Assembly (NCBI GenBank): GCA_964016885.1
Contig: OZ024746.1
Span: 81,964,001-82,028,000, forward strand
DNA: 64,000 nucleotides
Origin: Eledone cirrhosa
Taxonomy: Eukaryota
Direction: 5' to 3'
The translations under genes and the position numbers were made by a program. Under the pieces are notes generated by a model. The model was not told the origin of the DNA. It saw only the letters and a list, made by a program, of their open reading frames with translations, and searched no databases. Below are positions 1 through 13,810 of this stretch, in pieces. Within the stretch, counting starts at the first letter, position 1. Each line of letters opens with the position of its first letter.

Positions 1-1112
<1,112 letters not shown>

Positions 1113-1312
1113 GAAGGGCGCTGGAAAGTTACTGGCTTTATCACTGCTACAGAGGCCTTTGACCGCTGCAATAAGTGTGTGAATCTGAAGGGGGAATATG
1201 TTGAATAAAATCAATTAACTGATCCTCCTGTATTTTCTTTTATTCAAAGCCAGGAACCTTTCAACACCCCCTCATGTATATATATGACATCAAAGAGAAA
1301 TTAGCCAATTTG

Positions 1313-1380
<68 letters not shown>

Positions 1381-1428
1381 GCATACACACATATAGATTC
1401 TTTGCTTAAACTTTAATCTGTTATTTTA

Positions 1429-1473
<45 letters not shown>

Positions 1474-1817
1474 TACACACATATAGATATACGCGTTCAT
1501 ATATATTTATATATGTATTTATGCATATTCATATGTATGTGTGTATATATGCTTGTACATGTGTGTGCATGTATATACATGGGAAATGATCAGTACAGAA
1601 GTGGTATACTGGGTGAAGCCTTATTCTTTACTAACTATTTTACTGAAGATTGTGAAAAAAAAAAAACGTTTTTTTAAATGTGTTTAATCATAGCGTGAAT
1701 ACTTGTAAAAGAGATCCTTTATAAAAGTACGTATTGTTGAGATATTTGTCACGGAACATAAAATGTTCATACAATTCATGACAAAAGAAAATGAAAATGT
1801 ATCATTTTTCTAGTATA

Positions 1818-2813
1818 TCATGTTGGTATTATGCGTTGAATCTTTTCTTTAATATTGTGGTAAATTTCCAAGAAACCTCGACGAAACATATGATTAGTTC
1901 CAGCATATAAAATTAAGTTGATTCCAAATGTTAAATAATAAGGAATTAACAAGAAGTGTTGTGCTTCCTGCAAAGCTCGCACATCATATGATAAGAAATT
2001 CGTGAAGATTATAGAATAAAATCTTGTTATGTGACTAGGGAGAACCATCACTACAAACACACTTGAAACGATTACCAGTGATTTAGTCAATTTCATTTGT
2101 GTCTTTGATAACAAATTCTGTGTTTTCTCGTGAGGCTGAGATTCCTGTAACCAGTTCATACGTTTCTTTACAGCTCGAACAGCCCAAATTATTCGAATGT
2201 TCATGAAAAGAAGAGCCAGAAATGGTAAAATAAATGTAATTGCAGTATCCATGTATGTTATCACAGCAAGAAGAACAAACAGTTTCTGGCGATACATACA
2301 TTGCTCACGGTTATCAATAGTTGTCGTCCAAAAGCTGGGCATATAAAGAAACACAGTAATGATGCATATTATAAGTGTAGATAGACGAGCTCTTCGTTTT
2401 GTACATATTTGCGTTGCTTTTAAAGGATAGCAAACGACTTTATATCGTTCTATTGTGAATAAAACAGTAAACCACACAGACAAAAAGCCAAATATATACG
2501 AACCAAACACAATGAACTGACACCACGATTGTGTAATATATATCTGTATTCTCATATTCTGAAGCCATGTGCACAAGAGAATTGAAAGAAAACCTGAGTC
2601 TGATAAAGCGAGGGCAGCCATGTATGTGCTCGATGGAAGTTTCTTCATTGCTGTACTGCATGTGAACACAATAAAAGACAGTAAATTTCCTGGTATTCCA
2701 AGAGCAATCAAAACAGGTAAAGCGTAAATATGTAAAGTATCGGTAATATATAAGAACAAACTGGGATTATCAACCAATGTTAAATTTGAAGATAAATTTG
2801 AATGTTCTTTCAT
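1818..2813 (-). CDS. Rhodopsin-family (class A) GPCR, peptide-receptor-like (FMRFamide/TRH/GPR139-like orphan group), 331 aa, intronless CDS
   Basis: Seven hydrophobic segments with class A motifs: TM1 GIPGN, TM2 LALSD, ECL1 W-C, TM3 TIERY, TM5 FILPF, TM6 FVVMVLP, TM7 INLILY. N-terminal N-glycosylation sites NLS and NLT. Confidence 0.93.
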   Translation of the reverse strand: MKEHSNLSSNLTLVDNPSLFLYITDTLHIYALPVLIALGIPGNLLSFIVFTCSTAMKKLPSSTYMAALALSDSGFLSILLCTWLQNMRIQIYITQSWCQFIVFGSYIFGFLSVWFTVLFTIERYKVVCYPLKATQICTKRRARLSTLIICIITVFLYMPSFWTTTIDNREQCMYRQKLFVLLAVITYMDTAITFILPFLALLFMNIRIIWAVRAVKKRMNWLQESQPHEKTQNLLSKTQMKLTKSLVIVSSVFVVMVLPSHITRFYSIIFTNFLSYDVRALQEAQHFLLIPYYLTFGINLILYAGTNHMFRRGFLEIYHNIKEKIQRIIPT

Positions 2814-3013
2814 CTTGCTATCGATTTTCTGTTTAAAATGTTATTTACTGCAGTGCATCAATTAGAAGTTTCTTCTATTCATACATTTGAATGGGCTTTA
2901 TTTCTTTTCTAAATGCTCTTCATGGACAATACATTTCCTCTTTAATGGGATGCAACAGCAAATCAAAAATGATGGAAACGTTCGATATCTGTCCTTTTAT
3001 TTGTTGAAATCTT

Positions 3014-3034
3014 CTGAAATATAAAAGAAAAAGG
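3014..3034 (-). promoter_or_regulatory. Probable splice acceptor for the GPCR coding exon (exon starts at 3013, ~200 nt of 5' UTR)
   Basis: The minus strand reads cctttttcttttatatttCAG|aagatttc: a polypyrimidine tract plus CAG, 200 nt upstream of the ATG. Confidence 0.6.
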
Positions 3035-4685
3035 TTATATGCAAACTTTATTTGCAGAAATTTCTAAAATTTCAGAATACATATTAAATATTAACGAAAG
3101 TGTGAAATAGACGAACAAAAATAAAAATTAAAGAGAGAAAGAGGGGGCATAACATTTTGAATTTAAAAAATGATCTCAGTTAACATAGATTACAGTGAAT
3201 TATATCTAACTCAGTACTATATCAACAGTGGAAATAGGAAAGGTGACATCAATCTCAGCGAGATTTGAACTAAAAACGCAAACGAACGTAACTAAATATC
3301 GCAAGAAATCTTTTTCCTACCTTATGTATATTTTGCCACCCACAGCCGTTTTGAAAAGAAAAATAATAAATAGATTTTTTAGCAAAAAATATAAGCTTCC
3401 GATGAGTCGAATTTGCAAAACAATTTCGATTGTCAACTGAAAACAACTTACCTCCGTCAATTAACAACCGGAAAAATTCAAAGTGTCACTTTTTTATTTG
3501 ATCTTCCTCAAAATCAGAGTTGGAGTTAAAAGAAAGAAATAAGAAAATACTTTGGGGAAATATGATCGTAAATTTGATCGTTCCATCCATGTGTCCTTGA
3601 CTGCTGATGTTGCCATAGAATGTCATGAAATATTGGGTATCAAAACCTATCAAAGACTATCTCTCTTCATGTTTAACAATTTCTGCTTTCCTTCTGGGAG
3701 AAAGAAAATGACAGAAAGTCAGAGAGAAAGTTCAACTCCATTACTCAACTTGTACTTTATATTATCGAACTTAAAAGGATGAAAGGCAAAGCTGACTCCA
3801 GTAGGATTTGAACTCAGAGCGCACAGAGCTGGATCAAATACATTTTTCTGCTTTCGTATTGCTAATGCGATTCAACAAATTTGTTCTTTACATCTCACCG
3901 ACATAGTTCAGTTTTAATGTAGCAAATAAAATGAAGGGATGGAATTATGAAATAAAGTTCGAATTTACAGCAATTCTTTTGCAATATTTCAAGAGCATAT
4001 TTATTTCGAATATATCATAATTCATCTCCTTGTCAGGAATAGGAATGAGATTTTGAGGAAATGTTACCTGTGGAAGACTAGCTTTATGATCTCAAGATAT
4101 GCCGTATGTTACGACGGCGCCACTAATACTCCAACAGGTTCATACATACAGAAATACAGTTCTTTGAATCAACAGAATTAAAACTGCTTGTTGGCGGTGC
4201 TGTATTGGAATGAAAATGAAACAATGACGATGTTATTAAAGTAAAAGTAAAACTGATATAGCGCTTGTTTAAGAAAATTCCTGTCTGTGTTTTTCAGATC
4301 ACTCAATCAAAATAGACAAAGTATATTCCCATTGTTCTAAAGTATAACTGCAGAGCTGTTGGCGACAGAAAAAATATTTCTTAAGCATAAGAAGAAAACA
4401 AATATTTTAGTAAATTATTCTATGAAGTGTTTGAGAATTTTCAATCTGAATATAAATAACGATTTTCTATTTAACCAGCCAATAGGTATGATGGCGAGTA
4501 GGAGGGTTACTCTAATCAATTGAATAGATATATATTCTTCAAACTTATTTGATCAAGACGAAATGATGAAAGACAAAACTGACCAGGTGCGTCTTGATCT
4601 CAGGACATAGAAAAAAGAACATACATATGATAAAGATTTAGCCTGGCATCAAAGAATATCGGTAACATCATAAATAAATATTCTA

Positions 4686-5819
4686 CTAGCTGACGTACCC
4701 AGTTTCGCTCGGGTAAACAGATGATAAAAGAAGACAGGTAAAAGAGAAAATGACTGTATTGGATATTTGTCTGATTACAGTATGAGGCGAGTCCGTGGTG
4801 TCTGTGTGATACAGAAAACAGTAAAAAAAAATGTTCAGATATACCAGATTCTTCGTTGTACCGTTTGTGCATAGTATATGAACAATTCTAGGTGCTCCCA
4901 CCTAGAATAGTGATCTCTAGGAAATGATTCATCTTCTGCTGGACTGTAAAACGTGTATCATTGCATAGACGTGGTTATTCCACGTGTCTCAAAAGGATGA
5001 TGGAAATTCCAATCTTTTATATTATATGTAGATATAGTTATAGATAATTAATATAAAAGATGATGCTCAGCCAGTTCGTCTTCAACCATCGCAGTACGCC
5101 GTCGCTGCTTGGCTCCAGTGTTTCGTTGGCGTTGTTCAGCCAGCTCCTCTTCATTCATGGCGGCACGTCTTCGCCTCTGAAGTTCGGCGTTCCGATGGCG
5201 CTGTTCGGCCCATTTTTCTTCATTCCTGGCTGCACGCCGTCGCCGCTGTAGTTCACTGTTTGATAAAGTCGAATTGATTTTATTATCAGTATTCATTTCG
5301 AGCAATTGTCAAAAAATGACACAATAATAAATATAAAAGATGTCCGTCAATGTAAAAAAAAGGTCCCTATTTACTCCCTTCACAACTTTGTGTATGTTAG
5401 ACTGACAGACAGGCACTCAGAGAGATAAACTGCGTGGCGAACGAATGTGGAACGCCCCACGTACACACACATACACGCATGGAAACGCGCACACGCACGC
5501 AAACTTACACACGCACCCATGCACTTACACACACACACTCACACATTGATAGTTTTTACTTTCTGTGGAACGCTGCACGCACGCACACACACATAAACAT
5601 ACGCGCACGTACATACACACGCACACATGGTAATAGTTACAGAGTTCACTTTGCCTCTGTTACAGCGTTCACTCCCCTCTCACTCCCTCATTGGCATTAT
5701 GCGTATTAATTTAAGTTTGGCGTCGTTGAGGTGGGCGGAGTCGTTTGAAACCTATGAACCAATGATAATCGAGAATTATGACACACGGAATACTGACGTT
5801 GTTGAAATTAATATATAGA
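4686..5819 (-). mobile_element. Non-autonomous Helitron (internal-deletion derivative)
   Basis: Minus strand: A|TCTATATATT...ACCCGAGCGAAACTGGGT hairpin...CTAG|T (5' TC, 3' hairpin plus CTAG, AT target). It retains 23-aa STPR-like repeats (ORF 5048-5305) and a helicase C-terminal remnant (S)RVGAPRIVHILCTNGTTKNLVY near 4830-4905. Confidence 0.85.
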
Positions 5820-6052
5820 TTTATTTAATTTTTTTCCAATAAACATATTAATTCTCGAGCGAAAGAACTGTGTTATACCAGTCTAAATATATTGTGGAAT
5901 TAGTTGTCATTTTACCTTCTGGTTATATATCAACATTGCTTTTCATCATACCTGAGTGAATAAAATATCCGCCTGTTACATTGTTGTCGATTCAATCGAA
6001 ATTAACATTCTCTTACAACTACGTGGCTTTGCAACACAAATTTAGATATACA

Positions 6053-6157
<105 letters not shown>

Positions 6158-7171
6158 ACCTTTCACTATAATTACTTCAAAATAATACAGCTATTTAAAT
6201 TATATATTTTTCATTCAATTTTACTCTTAAACTCTTAGAATTCAGGCTGTCACTTGCAAAGTTACAAAGAATCATGGAGAGAGTCGAAAGATTTTCAAGG
6301 ATTCGTGAATACATGATTGAGTTTATATAAGCATAGATGAACGTGCATGTGTGGATGAAATGAATCTACTTCAGTATTTAGTACATTTGTATATAAGTGT
6401 GTGTGTATGTGGTTTCTTTTAATGAATATATGTGCATATGCCGTTTGAACATAAGCAGTTTTGTGTATATGTTCATACCAAGAAACTCAAAAGCAAATCA
6501 TTGAAATATTTTGTAAACATTTATTATAAAATTGGATTTGGAAAATAAAAGTCTTTGCTTCTTTCTTTTTATAAAAATGAAAAGTATATTTTGAAGCTTT
6601 TATGTCTGTCTGTTAATACAGATTCCAGTGAACCTACGATAATAACTACAAATGGGAATTTGTAGCTAAGATACAAGAGCAAATTCCTCAGTTAACACAC
6701 TATAAATTTTCTCTCCTTTAGACAGCAACGTCTACTATTAACTTCTACATGAACGTAAATAATATACACTCACACACACACGCACACATATATATATATA
6801 TATATATATTTATATGAGAAGGTATATATATATATATACATGTAATAATGTATATACTACTGCAATGCAGTAGGAGTATATAAAGGCAAAAAATGACAAA
6901 TAAAACAAAACAAAATAAAGTTTTTTACACAGTGAAGGTTAGAGTCTTCTTTTTAAATGATAAAAAATGTCTCTCCTACGTACCTATATATATATATATA
7001 TGCATGCATATATATATATATATTCATACATACATGCATATATTTAAACCTAATCCTCTTTTATTTGAAAGAAAGAGAAGAAAAGTGAAAATTATACACA
7101 TCCGCAGGTGGAGAAACGTAATACACATCGGGGGGGGGGGGGGGATACGTATGCTCAGGTGTTCCGCAAAC

Positions 7172-7205
<34 letters not shown>

Positions 7206-7317
7206 GTTTGCGGAACATATATACATTTATATATATACATACATATATATATACATATATACATACATATATATATATATATATATACATATGTATATAT
7301 ATACATATGTATACATA

Positions 7318-7358
<41 letters not shown>

Positions 7359-7393
7359 ATATGTATATATATATGTATGTATATATATAAATG

Positions 7394-7428
<35 letters not shown>

Positions 7429-7655
7429 GTATGTATATATATATATATATATGTATTGTGTGTGTGTGCGCGCGCGCGCGTGTACCTGCATGTGTGTGTG
7501 TGTACGTCTGTGTGTGTGTGTACGTGTGTGTGTGTACGTGTGTGTGTGTACGTGTGTGTGCGTACGTGTGTGTGTGTAGTCTCTTTGTTCCGAATACTTT
7601 TTGCAAAATATTTTGTATAAATTTTGACTTCCGAATACACGCACACACACACAGA

Positions 7656-7703
<48 letters not shown>

Positions 7704-7907
7704 CAGGTAAACTCTAGAGGCATGACACAGTTCAAATGATTGGTTCACTCCATAATTCAATCTTTAGCCTTTATTTTTATTTCATTATTCCTTTGGTATC
7801 AGAAGTTTTCAATATACAACGGAAACCATGTTTATATCCTTCAACTCGAATATATATATATATGCATTTGCATGTGTGTGTGTGTGTGTGTGTGTGTGTC
7901 TCTGTAT

Positions 7908-9246
7908 GTCTGTGTATCGATGTATATGTGTATTTGTATGTATGTATGTCTATCTGTATGTATGTATTTATGTATGTATATATGTATGTATGTCTATCTG
8001 TATGTATGTATTTATGTATGTATATATATATGTATGTCTATCTGTATGTATTTATATATGTATATATATATGTATGTCTATCTGTATGTATGTATTTATG
8101 TATGTATATATATATATATGTATGTCTATCTGTATGTATGTATTTATGTATGTATATATATATGTATGTCTATCTGTATGTATGTATTTATGTATGTATA
8201 TATGTATGTATGTCTATCTGTATGTATGTATTTATGTATGTATATATATATGTATGTCTATCTGTATGTATGTATTTATGTATGTATATATGTATGTATG
8301 TCTATCTGTATGTATGTATTTATGTATGTATATATGTATGTATGTCTATCTGTATGTATGTATTTATGTATGTATATATATATGTATGTCTATCTGTATG
8401 TATGTATTTATGTATGTATGTATGTATGTCTATCTGTATGTATGTATTTATGTATGTATATATGTATGTATGTCTATCCGTATGTATGTATTTATGTATG
8501 TATATATATATGTCTATCTGTATGTATGTATGTATGTATGTATATATGTATGTCTATCTGTATGTATGTATTTATGTATGTATATATATATGTATGTCTA
8601 TCTGTATGTATATATTTATGTATGTATATATGTATGTATGTCTATCTGTATGTATGTATGTATATATGTATGTATGTCTATCTGTATGTATGTATATATG
8701 TATGTATGTCTATCTGTATGTATGTATTTATGTATGTATATATATGTATGTATGTATATCTGTATGTATGTATATATATATGTATGTCTATCTGTATGTA
8801 TGTATTTATGTATGTATATATGTATGTCTATCTGTATGTATGTATTTATGTATGTATATATGTATGTATGTCTATCTGTATGTATGTATTTATGTATGTA
8901 TATATGTATGTCTATCTGTATGTATATATGTATGTATGTCTATCTGTATATATGTATGTATGTATATATGTATGTATGTCTATCTGCATGTATGTATTTA
9001 TGTATGTATATATATATATATGTCTATCTGTATGTATGTATTTATGTATGTATATATATATATGTATGTCTATCTGTATGTATGTATTTATGTATGTATA
9101 TATGTATGTATGTCTATCTGTATGTATGTCTATATGTCTATCTGTATGTATGTCTATATGTATATATGTATTTATGTATGTATATATGTATGTATGTATG
9201 TCTATCTGTATGTATGTATTTATGTATATATGTATGTATGTATGTA

Positions 9247-9326
<80 letters not shown>

Positions 9327-9330
9327 CGTG
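7908..9330. repeat. Compound minisatellite (~40-46-bp unit TGTCTATCTGTATGTATGTATTTATGTATGTATATATGTATGTA) followed by (TG)n
   Basis: Recurring GTCTATCTG and TATTTATG anchors in a (TATG)n background; roughly 30 units. Confidence 0.93.
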
Positions 9331-10859
9331 TGTATAAATGATGCACGAATATGTATGTATGCTTACACGTATCCACACCCGCACATGCTTATAACCTTCT
9401 TTTATTAACGATAGAGAAAATAAACTGACAATTATACACATGCACAACTACATGCACAGCCAAGTGCACAGCCACATGCAAATCCACATACAGAAACACA
9501 TGTAGCACCTCATGCACAGCCAAAGGCACAGGCGGAGGAGAGTAATGAGACTGTTACTATCAACTTCATGGAAGCCTTACGCACAGACGTTCCGAAAATG
9601 TATAATATAGAGAGATTTATCTGAGTCCCAGCTGCTTTATATTATATCAGTAATGTTTCATTCCTGAAGGCAATCTTCAGACAAAGATGGCTCGTAGAAA
9701 TAATTTCAATGTTGTCGCTTGTGGGATATCGTGTTGCGAACTTCGATTCTTTATACTCGGGCAGGTTGTTAGTCAGCTTCCGGCATGATCGCAGTTAACA
9801 TCCGATATCTTAATCTAGTTAGAGTACGTTATTGAAATTGGTGAAGTAAATTTATTTATCATATCAGTATTTTCTAATTAATTCATCCTTCTTATTTGAA
9901 ATCTCTGACGGCCTGAATATGATTTAATATATTTCCTTATCACACATATTTCAAAGAAAGATGCCGTTAAAATATTAACTATTAAATTAATTCTCATTTA
10001 ATAGCTATTTATAAGTAGAAAACAATGAAATTCCTAATCTATGATATAAATAACTATTCATAAAAGATCTATCGCACATACCAATATATTATTTAGTACA
10101 TGGGAGATAGAGCTGGCATTAACATGAACATAAGTCTTTTTGTATCTATGATCAAGGAGGCATTTCAGAATTAATCATAGTATTGTTCGTTGAAGAACTT
10201 ATGAAATTTAATCCTCCGCTCAAACGTAAGTATAGTCAGCTTCTTATATGTTACCTTAAATTCAGACACAGGCAGATATAAACCTGACAGAAGGAAACAT
10301 GAACATCGACAAACATTTTAACCGCCTCATGTTATCTTTAAAATTTCAATCAGCAACACAAACAAAATAATTTCCGACGCATCTTTATATAAAATCATCT
10401 TCTAAAGGAGGGATTTCAAACTCAAGGACTCTAAGGATCCATTATGTCCTGGAGAAGAGGAACAGTGTGCCAAAAGTGTAATTTCCAGCCACCCTCTCTG
10501 CCGCAATAGATCTTTGAAATAAGTCGATGTAGATTTCATAAAACTCTTGTTAAAAATGTTTTTCAAATGTATATAAAATATACAAAAGATTTTATTACAG
10601 TTGTATAAATTTACAGTAGAATAACGTTGCAAATAAGTTTTAAATATATACATAAATAACAACAAATACGTAAATAACATTACAAATAACATGACAAATG
10701 CGTAAATAACACCAAAAATTGCTCGCAATTCATTCAGAAAGACAAACCGTGTATAATAACACAATAATATAAATTCATGAACAAAAATGATAAAGGAAAG
10801 AAAAAAGAAATGAAAAAAAAAAAGGAGGGGGCCTAATTTACCACCAAGTGTGACAGTCT

Positions 10860-11050
10860 GTAACACTTCAGACCTTGGGGGTTAACTGCACACTTTCAGA
10901 CAAGCTAACACGCTCGCAGCATTACCACGGGCGATGGCGAAGCTAAGGCGCTGAAATAACCAGGCATCCTCACGTAAGGCGAGCCGCCAGTGAAGACAAC
11001 AACTTCGCTATAAGCGGCCTAACTCCACCGAACGTCTCGAACTCCACAGA
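10860..11050 (-). mobile_element. CRE-like (RLE non-LTR retrotransposon) 3' end remnant
   Basis: Minus-strand translation FETFGGVRPLIAKLLSSLAARLT...LFQRLSFAIARGNAASVL matches the C-terminus typical of CRE-clade ORFs; disrupted. Confidence 0.7.
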
Positions 11051-11584
11051 TTGGAAAAAATAATTGTTTGATAAGTCCTGGTATTTCCGAATTTTATTCC
11101 GTTCTGTAGCGGAAGCAGTGACCCCCCTCCCCCCCCCAGACACACACATTCACCATGATGTGGGAGGGGGCAAAAGAGTCACTGACTGTGACGTCCCAGA
11201 TGAGACACCTACCTCTCACCCAGCTTTTGATATTGAAGTGAAAGCGACTGAAACATCAAAATACATTCTACCCTGTCCCGGGGAAAACATGGTCAGACTC
11301 CGGCTAATCTTAAAATTGATTATCTGTTTGCATTAGGTTGGCAAGTCAAAATAGTTGAAACAGGCATATTTAGCTTTTACAGAAAAGAAAAACTGTTAGG
11401 TAGATGTTAATAGTCTGAATTATTGTATGATTAATATTTAGATATTAGTTTATTTAGTATGAAATGTCAAGTGTAGCTGAGTTAATGGCGTTACACTGAT
11501 TAATCATTTAACTCCCTCTCAGTCTTAGTCTTTCAATTAATCACAATCGTATATACACCAATATATATAAATATAAATGGATAT

Positions 11585-11838
11585 ATCTTTATTTTATTAT
11601 ATAAATGACTTCTACGGGACTAGAACTGTTTCATTCGTAAGAAATCATCAGGATTTTCCTGATGATTTCTTACGAATGAAAAAGTTCTACTCCTGTAGAA
11701 GTCATTTTAATAATAAAATAAAGATGCCTATAACCTACTAACACATTGACTACTTTTTAAAACTATAGTTATCTCCCAATATACATCGAGGATCCACCTA
11801 AATATACAGTATATACAGAGAGAGATCGGGAATCCACC

Positions 11839-11840
<2 letters not shown>
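11585..11840 (+). mobile_element. Penelope-like pLTR remnant: 70-bp-arm fold-back (11585-11725) carrying a hammerhead core
   Basis: Inverted arms centred at ~11655. CTGATGA(11659)-T-TTC TTAC GAA-T-GAAA...TTCTAC TCCT GTAGAA-GTC. Flanked by TA-rich tracts. Confidence 0.7.
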
Positions 11841-11929
<89 letters not shown>

Positions 11930-13029
11930 TGGGGGAGAGAGAAATAGATAGTGGAAAAATAAGAAAGATTTGAAGGTGCGCCTAATGTTTTTTAATATAT
12001 ACCTGTAACGTTTATCGTACACAACGTAAAATAAATAAATTCCCACCAAAAGAAAAAAAAATACAAATATATTACAGTTTTTAAAGATATACGTACGTTT
12101 TCAGAAACAATCATGATTATTTAAATAGCTTTTATACTTAGCCGGTTTCGCTGGGTAACTTTTCAAACATTTTCATTTTGGTTTGTGTTAAATATATATT
12201 TTTCTACATTTTACTATTTGGTATTTTGAAAATTATGTTCTATATATATATAAGTACACAAACCAACATTATCTCTACGAACATGATATATACTTAGACA
12301 ATGTGGGAGAAGGCTCTCCGACATACAGCACCCTTGGCGCAGTCGCCAAATAGTTTATTCTTAGTTTATTGACAACATTTAATGAAATATATTATTTTTC
12401 ACATTGCCAACTAGGACTTTGAACTGTTTGCTATAAAACCTATTCTTGGCAACATGAATAACCATGGTTTTGCACCTAGAAAGTTCACCTCCATGCCTAG
12501 GTAAGTGATGTTTATGGAAGACCAGCATATACTAGTCTCCTCTGTCTACGCCACCGATGTTGTCCAAAAGAAAGGCAATGGCCGATACAGCTTGGCACCA
12601 GTGACGTTGCAACTCATTTCTACAGCTGAGTGATCTGTCGCAACGTGAAATAAAGTGTTTGCGAAGGGATTACTTTAATTGCACAGCCACACCTACACCC
12701 AATCTGGATGTTCGTAAAGAAGCAAACGTATAGTCTTCAAATGCAATGCAGTATAATTATATTAAACACATTCATATTAATTTAACGTGACAGGTTCCAA
12801 CCTTCAATATAATTTATATATAAATTCAACAAACTAAAGCTGTTATCAAAGGCAATGTTCCCTGCCTTATTTAATGGATTGATCTAACTGTACACATGTT
12901 TCTTATCACATTAAAGCATCCTAAAGATGTTCTTTATCCTAATATAAATTGTTTTAATGCATATTTGCATCGTATTCTTTGCAAAATATACAGCATTCAA
13001 TTTTACTTTATCTAATATATCATTACGCC

Positions 13030-13320
13030 TGGCTTAGTGTATGATGCTCATGATCGTAAGATCCTAAGTTCGATTCCTGACAACGCTTTGTGTCCTTGAG
13101 CAAAACATTTTATTTCTCGTCACTTGACTCCACTAAGCTGGCAAAAATGTACTTGTAATTCAAAATGTTAGTTTTGTCACACGCCGTATCATGCTGAATC
13201 TTTCCAAGAACTACGTTATCGGTGTACCTGTCTGTGGAATGCACAGCTACTTGCACGTTTATTTCATAAGTAGTCTGTTCCGTTTTCCAAACAACTCCAA
13301 CATTCGTCATTGAAATAGGC
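13030..13320 (+). mobile_element. tRNA-derived SINE (CORE-like family)
   Basis: A-box-like TGGCTTAGTG, B-box GTTCGATTCC, then TGTGTCCTTGAGCAA...TTTATTTC. Related copies at ~43900-44045(-), 53890-54295(+) and 59730-59935(+). Confidence 0.75.
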
Positions 13321-13627
13321 TGAGATGCAACACAATACATAAATATAGATACACTGAGGTATATAATTCACTCTACTAAAACATCAGACCAATATTTCAA
13401 CTTATTACTCAACTATTATTTACAAGCCGGGTGAACGCATTGAGGTGGCTTTGATCGTTTATGCATATGTAAAATTATAAGGTGCTGGTTAAATCTATTT
13501 CTAATTATAACACCGCCGTGCCCTAGGCCTAGAGCCCATCACTCTCCCCCCCCCCATTCTTCTGTGACCCTAGAGCCCTTGCCCTTCCCTTCATTTTTCG
13601 TTTTTTAAATATCTGTAGTGTTGTTAT

Positions 13628-13810
13628 TTGGCAGTATCGGTAGAGGGTTGGACGCCATGCTTTTACGCATAGAGTTACGGCCCTTGTTATTCTGAGTTCA
13701 AATCCCGCCGAGGTTAACTTTGCCTTCCATCCTTACGGGGTCGATAAAATAAAGTAACAGTAATGCACTGGGTAATTGCTGGCCTTGTGCCAAAAGTAGA
13801 AACAATTATT
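13628..13810 (+). mobile_element. tRNA-derived SINE with a Meta-like central domain
   Basis: TGGCAGTATCGGTAGAG...GAGTTCAAATCCCGCCGAGGTTAACTTTGCCTTCCATCCTTACGGGGTCGATAAAATAAAG...GGCCTTGTGCCAAAAGTAGAAACAATTATT; many homologous copies in the window. Confidence 0.85.

Noticed and set aside
5048-5305. Host coiled-coil protein gene
   Set aside because: It lies within Helitron termini and matches the STPR-like repeats of Helitron proteins; truncated.
7908-9250. CRISPR-like periodic repeat
   Set aside because: No unique spacers, no cas genes, and a eukaryotic context.
7736-9408. Three overlapping >520-aa ORFs
   Set aside because: All three frames are open over a minisatellite, an artefact of repeat composition.
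13628-13810. tRNA gene (A/B boxes)
   Set aside because: No cloverleaf is evident; the boxes are the head of a multi-copy SINE.
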